From Acidobacteriota bacterium (GTDB lineage Bacteria > Acidobacteriota > UBA6911 > RPQK01 > JADFOI01): a DNA stretch of 64,000 nt. The DNA is taken from contig JAYZCG010000037.1 in NCBI GenBank assembly GCA_036338435.1, positions 6,179 through 70,178 on the forward strand. Direction: 5' to 3'. A model generated the notes under the pieces. That model saw only the letters and a program-made list of their open reading frames with translations. It ran no database searches and was not told where the DNA came from. Of this stretch, positions 9,246 to 19,034 are shown one piece after another (positions within the stretch are counted from its first letter, which is position 1; every line of letters starts with the position of its first letter). The position numbers and the translations under genes are program-made.

Positions 9246-9729
9246 GGATCGATGCTTCTCCTGTTGCCTGTAATGATTATCCTCTTTTCATGAGAAGTTG
9301 GCAAGCCTCAGACTCCCAGGAAAAAGTGTCATTTGTCCCGGATACTCAGAGCAGAGGAAGGTCAATCTAAACCCGAGACTTTCTCTTTTTGAATGGTCCA
9401 CAAATGTGGGAGCTGGCCATTCACCTGTCCCAAAAGGATGTGCGAGCGACGATTATCTGCACGCTTGGCATCGCGTCTGCATGATCACTATCAGTGGGTG
9501 GCAACGTTCTCTGTTAAGTTCTCCCCATTGCCCTCACATGGATTGTCCACCCACACCCTGTTCATATCCACCGACACTGACTCCACCGCCCATGAAGCGT
9601 TTCTTAACTTCTTTTCTCCCTGACAATACTTCGGTCCAGAGAAGGAAATCCCTGTGCACTCGGCGATGCTGAGTATTCCATAGTTTGCATGCCCCTTGTC
9701 CAACTGATTTTAGTGAGTAGAATGTAGGA

Positions 9730-12700
9730 ATGGGGACGAGACCAAATTTTATCACGCATGCCCTTCACCTCTTCATTCTAGTCGCTTTTGCAATCGCACA
9801 ACCTGTGTTCGACTTACTGTCTAGCAACGCAGAGTTTTTTGTTGCCCGGCAATCTAAACCGATCGACATTATTCTTCTGATCTTGATCGTCTGTCTTCTT
9901 CTCCCTTTACTACTAATTCCTTTAGAGGCAATCGCCGCTCTGGTTGGTCGTCAGTTCCAGAAATGGGTGCACGGTATTTTGGTAGCCCTCCTCCTGGCGG
10001 CAATCTGCCTTCAAATTCTGAAGCTGATTCCGGGTGTGCCCGGTGCTGCACTGGTCATTGGAGCATTGTGTGCAGGCTCAGCAATCTCGGTCGTCTACTC
10101 GAATTTCCATCTTGCTCAGACGTACGTCAGCGTGCTATCGCCCGCTATTTTGATTTTCGCTTCGCTGTTTTTATTGGATTCACAGATTTACAAGATCGTG
10201 TTTGAAGTCCAAGACACGGAGGTCACCTATCCGGACATTGACGCCACTGCTCCTGTGGTCATGATAGTTTTCGACGAATTTCCTCTGATTTCATTGTTAG
10301 ATGAGAACCGTCAGATCGATGGAGTCCGATACCCGAATTTTGCGGCTCTGGCGAGAGAATCGCACTGGTTTAGAAATGCAACTACGGTCAGCGAGGGAAC
10401 CCTAATCTCAATTCCTGCCATGTTAAATGGTCTTTACCCCAATTTTGAAAATCCTCGGTTGCCGATCTTGAGTGACCATCCCCATAACCTCTTCACGTTG
10501 ATGGGTGGTTCCTACGACCTTCACACCCTTGAAAATAGTACGCAATTGTCCCCAGAGAAATCATTCCTCAATCGACAGACGCTGGCCGAACGGATGAGCG
10601 CCCTACTGTCAGACTTGACCATTGTATATCTACATCTTCTCTTGCCAGCGGACTTGGTCAGCGACCTGTCCCGAATCACGGAGTCCTGGAAGGACTTCAG
10701 ATCCCCCAATACGGAGGAGAGGAAGAGGTGGGAGGACTTCGAAACTGACTGGTCAAGACGTCAACTGAAATTCTTGGAGTTTGTCGATTCCATTCATGAT
10801 ACCGGACAGCCCACTTTGCATTTTTTCCACTCCATGCTGCCTCATGCGAGCTGGAAATACCTCCCCAGTGGAAAGCTCTATACGTTATATGAGAGACCAG
10901 GAGTCAAAGGAGTGATCGGACCGAATAATGTAGGCGAAGACGTCAATCGATGGCGGAACGACGACTGGCTTGTTACTCAAGGTCATCAGCGACATCTTCT
11001 TCAGGTTGGTTTCGTGGACAAGCTGCTAGGAGTGTTCGTCTCTAAACTAAAGAAAGCTGGTGTTTATGATTCGTCCCTGATTGTGATCACCGCCGACCAT
11101 GGAGCTAGCTTTCGGGCCAACGATTCACGGAGATCCGTGACCAAGACGAACTACGCCGATATTATGTCGATCCCCCTATTCATTAAGGCGCCTTACCAAA
11201 AGGAAGGGGTAACGAATGATCGCAATGTGGAAACAATCGACATCCTTCCCACAGTCGCTGACGTTCTTGACATTCCTTTTCCGTGGAAGGTCGATGGGCA
11301 TTCAATGCTGGATAACTCTCAGCCGGAAAGAAGGGAGAAGCTTATTTTTTCCGATCGGGGCGAGAAGTTCGCATTCGATGCAAGACTCGAAGTCAAGTAT
11401 GAGAGCCTGAAGAGAAAACTGGTACGTTTTAACTCAGGACCTTGGGATCGACTATTCACAATCGGTCCCTATCCAGACCTGGTTGGAAAGAGGGTTGCAG
11501 AAATAGATGTGTCAGGAACGGCTGGCATGACAGTGGAAGTTAATGGGAAAAGTTTTTTTAATCACGTTGATGTCGACTCCTCGTTTGTCCCTGCTCAGAT
11601 CACAGGCCGAATAGTTTCGAACTCCGATTCCAAGCACTCACTTGACCTAGCGATCTCTGTCAATAACACGATTCGGGCAATTACACGCAGTTCGTCTCAA
11701 TTCGCCGCTGACGAGGAGTTCTCCGCAGTTGTTCCGGAGTCAGCTTTTCGAAGTGGAGAAAACGATGTGGAGGTCTTTGTGGTGATCGACGTGAATGGAA
11801 AACCTTGGCTGGCCAGCACGAAGGAGGCTCCGGAGGTGGAATTCTCAATTTCGTTGTCAGATCAGCTTGGTGAGATGCTGATTTCTTCAAACGGGAAACG
11901 CATACCCGTTAAAGTGAAGGACCTTTCAGGATGGGTTGGGGCCAGGATCGATGATGAGACAGACCGAGTGGAAATACGGGGTTGGGCCGTAGATCAAAAG
12001 CAGTTGAGTGTCCCAAGTGTCATTCTGGTTTTCAGGGATGAAGAGCTTCTCTATTCAGGAAAGACCAGTGTGGCAAGACCTGAAATTGCGACTGAATTCG
12101 GTTCCGAAGCGCTTTTGAATTCGGGATTTCTGTACGAGTTCCCCGTAGAAGAGTTCGACGAGCTTGCCCATACGGAACTCCGAGTTTTCGCGGTGTCCGA
12201 TCGAGATTCCGCTTCAGAATTAGGTCATCCTGAAAAAAACACCTCATTCTGGCCTTTTGGACCCAACCCGGAAGCTTCTGGGAAAGTGTCTCAATATGAT
12301 TGGGATTCAACGATTCGATTTGGCGCTGGTGGAAATGCGCGGCAATATCAGGGTCGTGGTTGGTCTGTTGCGGGGGAGGGGCATACGTGGACTGTTGGAC
12401 CAGAAGCTTCGCTCGTCCTGGCAGCCTCCGAACCTGAGTCTTCCGTGCTCTTGAAGGCCTTGGTGAAAGCCTTCCTAGTGTCGGAACGGCTCAATGAGCA
12501 GAGAGTGCGTGTTTCAGTTAATGGCCAGATGGTGGGGGAGTGGACGATTGCTGGTTCCGAGTTCGAGGAGCGAACAGTCCTTGTGCCTGCGGGACTGCTG
12601 ACCGAACCGGAAAAGACAGTTATTGTGTTCGAGACACCTGACTCGTCCATTCCCGCCCAACTCGGACTTGGTTCTGACAAGCGGAAACTGGGAATTGCCT

Positions 12701-12738
12701 TCCACCAAATCAGTTTAGTTCAACATCAGGACCGCTGA
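9730..12738 (+). CDS. membrane-anchored sulfatase-like (alkaline-phosphatase superfamily) hydrolase/transferase with ~450-aa C-terminal domain of unknown function
   Basis: 1002 aa. About 5 N-terminal TM helices, then a sulfatase-like core (VMIVFDEFP...ITADHGASF). This is the LtaS/OpgB/EptA-type architecture. The C-terminal half (aa ~550-1002) has no family I can name. Divergent from the 9015-9245 operon across a 484-bp intergenic region. Confidence 0.72.
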   Translation: MGTRPNFITHALHLFILVAFAIAQPVFDLLSSNAEFFVARQSKPIDIILLILIVCLLLPLLLIPLEAIAALVGRQFQKWVHGILVALLLAAICLQILKLIPGVPGAALVIGALCAGSAISVVYSNFHLAQTYVSVLSPAILIFASLFLLDSQIYKIVFEVQDTEVTYPDIDATAPVVMIVFDEFPLISLLDENRQIDGVRYPNFAALARESHWFRNATTVSEGTLISIPAMLNGLYPNFENPRLPILSDHPHNLFTLMGGSYDLHTLENSTQLSPEKSFLNRQTLAERMSALLSDLTIVYLHLLLPADLVSDLSRITESWKDFRSPNTEERKRWEDFETDWSRRQLKFLEFVDSIHDTGQPTLHFFHSMLPHASWKYLPSGKLYTLYERPGVKGVIGPNNVGEDVNRWRNDDWLVTQGHQRHLLQVGFVDKLLGVFVSKLKKAGVYDSSLIVITADHGASFRANDSRRSVTKTNYADIMSIPLFIKAPYQKEGVTNDRNVETIDILPTVADVLDIPFPWKVDGHSMLDNSQPERREKLIFSDRGEKFAFDARLEVKYESLKRKLVRFNSGPWDRLFTIGPYPDLVGKRVAEIDVSGTAGMTVEVNGKSFFNHVDVDSSFVPAQITGRIVSNSDSKHSLDLAISVNNTIRAITRSSSQFAADEEFSAVVPESAFRSGENDVEVFVVIDVNGKPWLASTKEAPEVEFSISLSDQLGEMLISSNGKRIPVKVKDLSGWVGARIDDETDRVEIRGWAVDQKQLSVPSVILVFRDEELLYSGKTSVARPEIATEFGSEALLNSGFLYEFPVEEFDELAHTELRVFAVSDRDSASELGHPEKNTSFWPFGPNPEASGKVSQYDWDSTIRFGAGGNARQYQGRGWSVAGEGHTWTVGPEASLVLAASEPESSVLLKALVKAFLVSERLNEQRVRVSVNGQMVGEWTIAGSEFEERTVLVPAGLLTEPEKTVIVFETPDSSIPAQLGLGSDKRKLGIAFHQISLVQHQDR

Positions 12739-13076
12739 GGTTGAGATCCCGGTCGGGCAGACGTCGGTAAATCTAGTCAACTCAGGTTGGGAAGCAGGAT
12801 CTTCTCACGCCGTTGAACTGGTTTACAAAGATGCGAAGGGCAACACCAATTCTGTAAGCGGGGGTCATTTACGTCCGGTAGAGTCCAACTGAATGATGGA
12901 ACTTCACTCGGCACGAGAAAACAGCTATTGACCATATACTGACCACCCAAAATCACAACGAACCACAACCATTCGATTTGAGTGACTTTGCCGAGAGGCA
13001 ATGAAAGTAATGAGAAGCCTGATAAACCGTTAATAATAATGGGGTTTAACCCTGTTTTGTGCTTTCTCAAAGTAGA

Positions 13077-14606
13077 TTATGAATCGGGGATGAGCAGGAC
13101 TTGGCCCCGGAGGATTCGGTGAGGATTTTTAATGTGGTTGGCTTGTTGTAGTTGCCATATGGAAATGCCGAATCGAGTGGCAATCCTTTCCAATGTGTCG
13201 CCCCGCCTTACTTGATATTGGTCAGGTCTAGATGGATTGTCTGTAGTTCCGGTAACATAAAGTAACTGATCCGGATATATTCGGTTGGCATTGGAGATGT
13301 TGTTGTCCTGCTGTAACAGACGGATGGATGTTCCCAGATTTTTAGCGATATAGCTTAAGGTGTCTCCATACTGAACACGGTAGGCTACCGAACCATTAGC
13401 AGTCACGAAGGTCTGGGTTGACAATGTGGTGGCTGAGTCCAAAGCCATTTGCACAGTCTCTCTCATACCTTTTGGAAGCCGTAGGGTAAGACCGCGCGGG
13501 AGAATTTTGGATTTTTGCCAGATGGGCTGGCGAATCTGGGGATTGTATTCTTGGATTATTTCTTCACTCAAATCGGGGATGCTGGTGATGTGGATAAGGT
13601 GATGGGATCGATCAAGAACTAGGCTATCAAATTGTATCGGTTCAGCAATATTCAAGTGGCCAAAGTAGTCGTTGTAATTACGGGCTACGTCTACGGCAGC
13701 AAGGAATTCAATGTAAAAATTTTTACTGGCATATCCAAAGGTTGGAGATGTGTAGTGGTTGATGATCATTTCAAGATCATTACCGTAAAGCCTCTTAGCC
13801 CTTGCCATTCCGTTACGACCATGGTTGAAAGCTGTGATGGCCAGTGGCCAACTCCCTAGGGTTTTGTAGTTCTGCTGTAGCAAACGTGCGGCAGCCTCAG
13901 TTGCTTTTAATGGATCGAGTCGTTCGTCAACGTAGCTATTGATGGTCATGTATTGGCGCCCAGTGCTGCGAATGAATTGCCAAATCCCAGCTGCTCCTCG
14001 TTTAGAATAGGCACCGTGATCAAAAGATGACTCCACGTGTGGAAGTAGAGCTAACTCTTTTGGAACGTTGTGTTGCTCGAGAATTTTTTCAATGCTATCG
14101 AGATATTTACCCGAACGGATAAGACTTTCTCTGAATTTTTCTTTGATACCGCGCTGAGAGTGGATATTGCGTATTAATCGTTCAAGTTCTGCCGATGTAG
14201 GGGTGTACCCGTGAGACTTTAAAATCCTAATAATCCGTTTATGTTCCTCAGTGAGCCGATTGGAAGTAGATCCCCATTTGCGAATATCATCCATGATTGT
14301 CTGGAGTTCTCGTTCCCTTGTTTCAAGTTCTCTCTTTTGACGTTCGGATGCGACGTTATCATTGGGAACACTCTTACCAACCTGTGCCACATCGTAGATC
14401 AGTTGGAGATCATTCTGATCGTGGAAAACGACCTCTCCCTCTCCATAGTGAGTGAAGATTGCTTTCCAGAACTCTAGTTTTTCCTCAAGTCCTTCAAGAG
14501 GGAACTGATCAGAAATTTGTTCTAGTTGAAAAGATCCGAGGAAAAGGCCCGATGGTAGGGAGAGAAGTAGGCATAAAAACCTGAACATGAGGGGTGATGT
14601 TAGCAA
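13077..14606 (-). CDS. mltD: lytic transglycosylase (MltD-like) with two C-terminal LysM domains
   Basis: Signal peptide, an SLT catalytic region (LPHVESSFD... AAGIWQF) and two LysM repeats (YRVQYGDTLSYIAKNLG..., YQVRRGDTLERIATRFG...). Confidence 0.85.
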   Translation of the reverse strand: MLTSPLMFRFLCLLLSLPSGLFLGSFQLEQISDQFPLEGLEEKLEFWKAIFTHYGEGEVVFHDQNDLQLIYDVAQVGKSVPNDNVASERQKRELETRERELQTIMDDIRKWGSTSNRLTEEHKRIIRILKSHGYTPTSAELERLIRNIHSQRGIKEKFRESLIRSGKYLDSIEKILEQHNVPKELALLPHVESSFDHGAYSKRGAAGIWQFIRSTGRQYMTINSYVDERLDPLKATEAAARLLQQNYKTLGSWPLAITAFNHGRNGMARAKRLYGNDLEMIINHYTSPTFGYASKNFYIEFLAAVDVARNYNDYFGHLNIAEPIQFDSLVLDRSHHLIHITSIPDLSEEIIQEYNPQIRQPIWQKSKILPRGLTLRLPKGMRETVQMALDSATTLSTQTFVTANGSVAYRVQYGDTLSYIAKNLGTSIRLLQQDNNISNANRIYPDQLLYVTGTTDNPSRPDQYQVRRGDTLERIATRFGISIWQLQQANHIKNPHRILRGQVLLIPDS

Positions 14607-14638
14607 AACCGTCCGACCATGAGAAAGACTGATGTCCT

Positions 14639-15157
14639 TTACTTCTTTATACTGCGCAGTTTGTTCTGAATCTTCTGGACAATCTGATCAGGTGACTTCT
14701 GCGCCACTTCAACGTGGATATCGGCTAGTCTATATTGCATCTCACGGAACTGGAAAAGGGATTCCCACTGATCGAGATTCTTTGACAGGGGGCGATTTTG
14801 GGAGTTCTCACAACGTTCTTTTGCTAATTGAAGGGGCAGCTTCAACCAGACCGAGATTCCATGTTTGGCAATGAAGCTCTGATTGGACTTACTAATAAAT
14901 GCCCCACCTCCAAGGGCCATTACGCAGGGCTCGCGACATTGACTTTGTAGGAGACTATGCGATTCCAACTTTCTGAAAAACTGTTCTCCTTCGGTCTTAA
15001 AGATAGTCGTAATTGTCTTGTTGTGTTCTTTTTCGATCATTACATCCAAATCATAAAAGGGGCGCTTCATCTCATGGGCAAGGACTGGACCGATGGTAGA
15101 TTTGCCACTACCCATAAATCCGACAAGATAGATATGTTTGGTCATTGTACGATTCAT
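14639..15157 (-). CDS. aroK: shikimate kinase
   Basis: IYLVGFMGSGKSTIG Walker A. 172 aa. 4-nt overlap with aroA. Confidence 0.9.
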   Translation of the reverse strand: MNRTMTKHIYLVGFMGSGKSTIGPVLAHEMKRPFYDLDVMIEKEHNKTITTIFKTEGEQFFRKLESHSLLQSQCREPCVMALGGGAFISKSNQSFIAKHGISVWLKLPLQLAKERCENSQNRPLSKNLDQWESLFQFREMQYRLADIHVEVAQKSPDQIVQKIQNKLRSIKK

Positions 15158-16440
15158 AAATAAAGAGATTTTAATTGTTCGAAAAAATCTGGGAATGAGA
15201 TAGAGACACAGGCAGGTTGGTCTAGTTCAACCGGTTCTTTTGCTATGAGGCCTGCGATTGCAAAAGCCATAGCAATGCGGTGATCCCCAAAGGTTTGAAC
15301 CGTCCCTCCTTGAATGGTTTGGTTCGGGGGTATATCAAATCCATCAGGTAATTCTTCTACTTGGATCCCTAGGTTTCTTAAGTTGACAACTACCGAGTTG
15401 ATCCGATCAGATTCTTTCTTCCTGAGTTCTTCACCTCCACGGACACTAAGCCCATTGTGCAGGCGTGTCCCTAAAATCGCCAGAACGGGGATTTCATCAA
15501 TCATGCTGGCAAGACATTGCCCACTGAGTTCACGTGGAAATCTCCTGAGTACTTCTGGACTGAACTGAATGGTGAGATCACACATCGGTTCAGCGTTAAA
15601 CTTCCTCGGATTAGCTCGCTCAACCTTTGCCCCGGATTGTTCGAGCAACGTCAGAAGGGCGGTGCGGGAAGGGTTTATTCCTACACCACGTAAGCACAGG
15701 CGTGAATTTGGAAGTAAGAGTGTTGCGATGATGAAAAATACTGCAGCTGAAAAATCTCCTGGGATTTGCATTGTGGTGGCATCCAGGGAGGCGGGTCCTG
15801 TTACCATAAGGCGTTGATCGGTTTTTGTACACTGGATATTGAAAAAAGGTAGAGCCCGTTCGGTGTGGTCACGGGAGGGCATATTTTCGACCACCGTGGT
15901 TTTTCCACAGGCCATTAGTCCTGCCAGTAGAATGCAGGATTTAACCTGTGCGCTGGCAACAGGTAACGGGTACTCAATTCCAGTAAGTTGGGTGCCGGAC
16001 ACACTTAAAGGTAGAAATTGTTCATCTCTAGCTTGAATGCTCGCTCCCATCTGGCTCAAAGGACTAATGATGCGGCGCATGGGCCTACGATTCAACGACT
16101 CATCCCCTTGTATGGTGGAAGTAAAAGGAGATCCGGCCAACAGAGCTGAAAGCAGGCGGATGGTGGTTCCGCTGTTTCCTGCATCAAGTATTGTACGGGG
16201 TTGGTGAAAATTTCCCCAACCCAAGCCTTGAATTTCAATTCCTTTTTCCGATTGTTGGATTTCAATTCCTAGCTTTCGCAAGCAATTGAGGGTCGACGCA
16301 CAATCATGGCTTTGTGAGAAGCCTTCAATAGAAGTGGTTCCGTGGGCCATGGCACCCAGAATTGCATAACGGTGGGAAATAGATTTGTCGCCTGGAAGGC
16401 TAATGGCTCCTTCTATCGAAGGGGTTGGTTCTATACGCAT
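15154..16440 (-). CDS. aroA: 3-phosphoshikimate 1-carboxyvinyltransferase (EPSP synthase)
   Basis: LPGDKSISHRYAILGAMA and a full-length EPSPS-like sequence. Start chosen at the internal MRIEP to avoid overlap with uvrB; it may instead be 16482. Confidence 0.88.
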   Translation of the reverse strand: MRIEPTPSIEGAISLPGDKSISHRYAILGAMAHGTTSIEGFSQSHDCASTLNCLRKLGIEIQQSEKGIEIQGLGWGNFHQPRTILDAGNSGTTIRLLSALLAGSPFTSTIQGDESLNRRPMRRIISPLSQMGASIQARDEQFLPLSVSGTQLTGIEYPLPVASAQVKSCILLAGLMACGKTTVVENMPSRDHTERALPFFNIQCTKTDQRLMVTGPASLDATTMQIPGDFSAAVFFIIATLLLPNSRLCLRGVGINPSRTALLTLLEQSGAKVERANPRKFNAEPMCDLTIQFSPEVLRRFPRELSGQCLASMIDEIPVLAILGTRLHNGLSVRGGEELRKKESDRINSVVVNLRNLGIQVEELPDGFDIPPNQTIQGGTVQTFGDHRIAMAFAIAGLIAKEPVELDQPACVSISFPDFFEQLKSLYL

Positions 16441-16453
16441 CTTAAGTCCAATT

Positions 16454-18538
16454 TTAGTGAGTGGGCCTTGGACCCGTATCACTGGAAAATCCCAGCAGCA
16501 AATCCATTTCTCTTAAACGCTTAATTGTATCTCTGAAATCTGCTGCTTTCTCAAATTCGAATCGTTGTGCTGCCTTTTTCATCTGAGATTCCAAGTTTTT
16601 GATCTCTTGGTGGATCTCCTCGGCAGAGGAATATTGTTCAATATTCTCAGTGATAGCAGGAATCTCATAGTAGTCCAATTGTGTCATCTCCAGCAGGTTT
16701 TTGTTAATGGGTTTCAAAATAGTTGTCGGTGTAATTCCATGCTGCTTGTTGTACTGTTGTTGGATTACGCGACGACGTTCCGTTTCTTCGAGCGCCATTT
16801 TCATGGATCGGGTGATGATGTCAGCGTACATAATAACCTTGCCGTTGATGTTTCTCGCAGCTCTTCCAGCTGTCTGAATAAGGGAGGTACTACTTCGTAA
16901 AAATCCCTCCTTATCGGCATCTAGAATGGCCACTAGGGACACTTCCGGCAGATCTAGACCTTCTCGTAAGAGGTTGACTCCAATTAGCACATCAAACTTG
17001 CCCATGCGAAGATAGTTCAGGATCTTGACGCGATCCAATGTGTTGATCTCAGAGTGTAGATAACAAACGGCAATGCCCAATTCCGTGTAATATTCACAGA
17101 GGTCCTCCGACATTCTCTTTGTAAGGGTCGTCACTAGGATACGTTCCTTTTGTGCAGTTCTTTTGCGGATTTCCTCCAGTAAATCTTCTATTTGTCCCTG
17201 TACGGGCCTCACTTCTATGTCCGGATCCATCAGGCCGGTGGGACGGATGATTTGTTCGGTTACTTGGTGGTTAGATTGATCCAGTTCATAGGATCCAGGA
17301 GTCGCCGACACAAATAGTGTTTGGGGAAAGCGTTCTTCAACTTCAGCAAAGTTAAGAGGCCGATTATCTAAAGCAGATGGCAACCGGAATCCATATTTGA
17401 CCAAATTGAGTTTCCGGGAGCGGTCTCCCTTGTACATACCTCGCAACTGTGGAATGGAGACGTGACTTTCATCAATAAATATCATGGAGTCTTCCGGTAG
17501 ATAGTCCACTAAGGTAGGGGGTGGGTCTCCTGGTAGTCGACCCGTGAGGTGTCTAGAGTAATTTTCGATCCCCTTGCAGTAGCCTACGGATTTAATCATT
17601 TCCAAATCAAACATTGTTCTTTGGTATATCCGTTGAGCCTCTAAAAGCAAACCCTGCTTCTCTAGTTGAACGTGGTGTTCCTCAAGCTCTTCTTGAATGC
17701 TCTCGAATGCTGATTCCCACTGCCCTCTGGGTATGACATAGTGAGATGTAGGATAGATGGGAACGCGTAAATGGCTCTTGATGAGTTCTCCTGTGAGAGG
17801 ATCAAACTGATGTATTCCATCAATCTCATCGCCAAACAGCTCAATTCTAATCCCGTAGTCACCGTAGGCAGGCACGACCTCTACGACATCGCCTCGTACA
17901 CGAAACATTCCTCGAGTCAGCTCACTATCACTCCGATCATACTGGATTTCAACTAGCTTCCGTAGGATTTCTTGGCGTGTGATCCGTTGACCTTTTTCCA
18001 GCATCAACAGCATACCGTAGTAAGCCTCTGGTGAACCGAGTCCATAGATGCAGCTGACACTTGCCACGATCAGGCAATCACGTCTTTCGAAGAGCGATCT
18101 GGTTGCTGAATGACGTAGACGATCAATCTCATCATTGATTAACGCATCTTTCTCAATATAGGTGTCACTGGCAGGTAAGTAGGCTTCGGGCTGATAGTAG
18201 TCATAATAACTGACGAAATATTCCACAGCGTTGTGCTGAAAGAAATTTTTGAATTCTTGGTACAGCTGTGCAGCGAGGGTTTTGTTGTGACTCAGAACCA
18301 GTGTCGGACGGTTAAGCTTCTCGATAATTTTGGCCATAGTGAACGTTTTTCCTGATCCCGTAACGCCCAGCAAGGTGAGATGTTGCTGACCATCGTCGAT
18401 TTTGGTTACCAGTTCATCGACAGCCTTACTTTGATCAGGACTTGGATGGAAGCTGCTGACTAACTGGAATTCTGCAGACTCAGACCAAGCCTGTCCGTAC
18501 GAGACACCGGAATAAGAGGGGCCCTTTGCGCTGGCCAT
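16454..18538 (-). CDS. uvrB: excinuclease ABC subunit B
   Basis: 694 aa. [14 protein letters not shown] Walker A, helicase motifs and a C-terminal UvrB/UvrC interaction coiled coil. Confidence 0.95.
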   Translation of the reverse strand: MASAKGPSYSGVSYGQAWSESAEFQLVSSFHPSPDQSKAVDELVTKIDDGQQHLTLLGVTGSGKTFTMAKIIEKLNRPTLVLSHNKTLAAQLYQEFKNFFQHNAVEYFVSYYDYYQPEAYLPASDTYIEKDALINDEIDRLRHSATRSLFERRDCLIVASVSCIYGLGSPEAYYGMLLMLEKGQRITRQEILRKLVEIQYDRSDSELTRGMFRVRGDVVEVVPAYGDYGIRIELFGDEIDGIHQFDPLTGELIKSHLRVPIYPTSHYVIPRGQWESAFESIQEELEEHHVQLEKQGLLLEAQRIYQRTMFDLEMIKSVGYCKGIENYSRHLTGRLPGDPPPTLVDYLPEDSMIFIDESHVSIPQLRGMYKGDRSRKLNLVKYGFRLPSALDNRPLNFAEVEERFPQTLFVSATPGSYELDQSNHQVTEQIIRPTGLMDPDIEVRPVQGQIEDLLEEIRKRTAQKERILVTTLTKRMSEDLCEYYTELGIAVCYLHSEINTLDRVKILNYLRMGKFDVLIGVNLLREGLDLPEVSLVAILDADKEGFLRSSTSLIQTAGRAARNINGKVIMYADIITRSMKMALEETERRRVIQQQYNKQHGITPTTILKPINKNLLEMTQLDYYEIPAITENIEQYSSAEEIHQEIKNLESQMKKAAQRFEFEKAADFRDTIKRLREMDLLLGFSSDTGPRPTH

Positions 18539-18646
18539 AACTCTCTATTATATGACAACAGATGTCTATGTAAGTTCATCGGAGAATTTATCCTAATTTT
18601 ACGACTCGTATCATCCAAGAGCGTCATTGAGGTGACGTACACTGAA

Positions 18647-18742
18647 ATGGTGAGTTCGGTTATTTGCCCCAACTGTGGACATTCCATGTCAGAACGGCGT
18701 TGCAAGTTCATTTGTCCTAACTGCCGATATACGGAGACGTGA
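18647..18742 (+). CDS. possible 31-aa zinc-ribbon peptide (CxxC...CxxC)
   Basis: MVSSVICPNCGHSMSERRCKFICPNCRYTET, found by manual reading of the 500-bp uvrB/galE divergent intergenic region. Too short for the ORF track. Weak RBS. Confidence 0.25.
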   Translation: MVSSVICPNCGHSMSERRCKFICPNCRYTET

Positions 18743-19034
18743 AGTGATCTTGTCCTGCCGGTTCTGGTAGGCGAAGAAACACCCGAAGAAACCCACAAGG
18801 ACCTTGAGCAAGCCTGATGTTTGTCTGGTTTTTGTCCGGGCATTCTGGATTATGAATCCTGTCTTTTATCCTGTTAAACTGAGGGAGAATCAGGCAATAC
18901 TCTCGAGAAACTTAGGATGTGCCAATGAGGAGTTGTGAAGATGGGTACGGGTTTTAGAAGGTAGCGGTGTACAACGATGTAAAGCAGTTGAGCTGTATGT
19001 TTTTGATAAGATCAGATGCTAACGGTCGGATTAA

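Noticed and set aside
9298-9672. 124-aa ORF in the divergent intergenic region
   Set aside because: It has a Cys/Pro/Ser-rich low-complexity translation and no RBS. It is more likely promoter/leader sequence.
7654-12738. Calling the module a horizontally acquired GC island with confidence
   Set aside because: Hand counts give about 53-60% GC versus about 45-50% for nuo and valS, but dxr is also about 58%. The difference could be ordinary local variation and needs a computed profile.
12777-13070. 97-aa ORF in the gap between the sulfatase-like gene and mltD
   Set aside because: No start context or recognisable features. The region looks like non-coding 3' sequence, and I found no tRNA-like structure.
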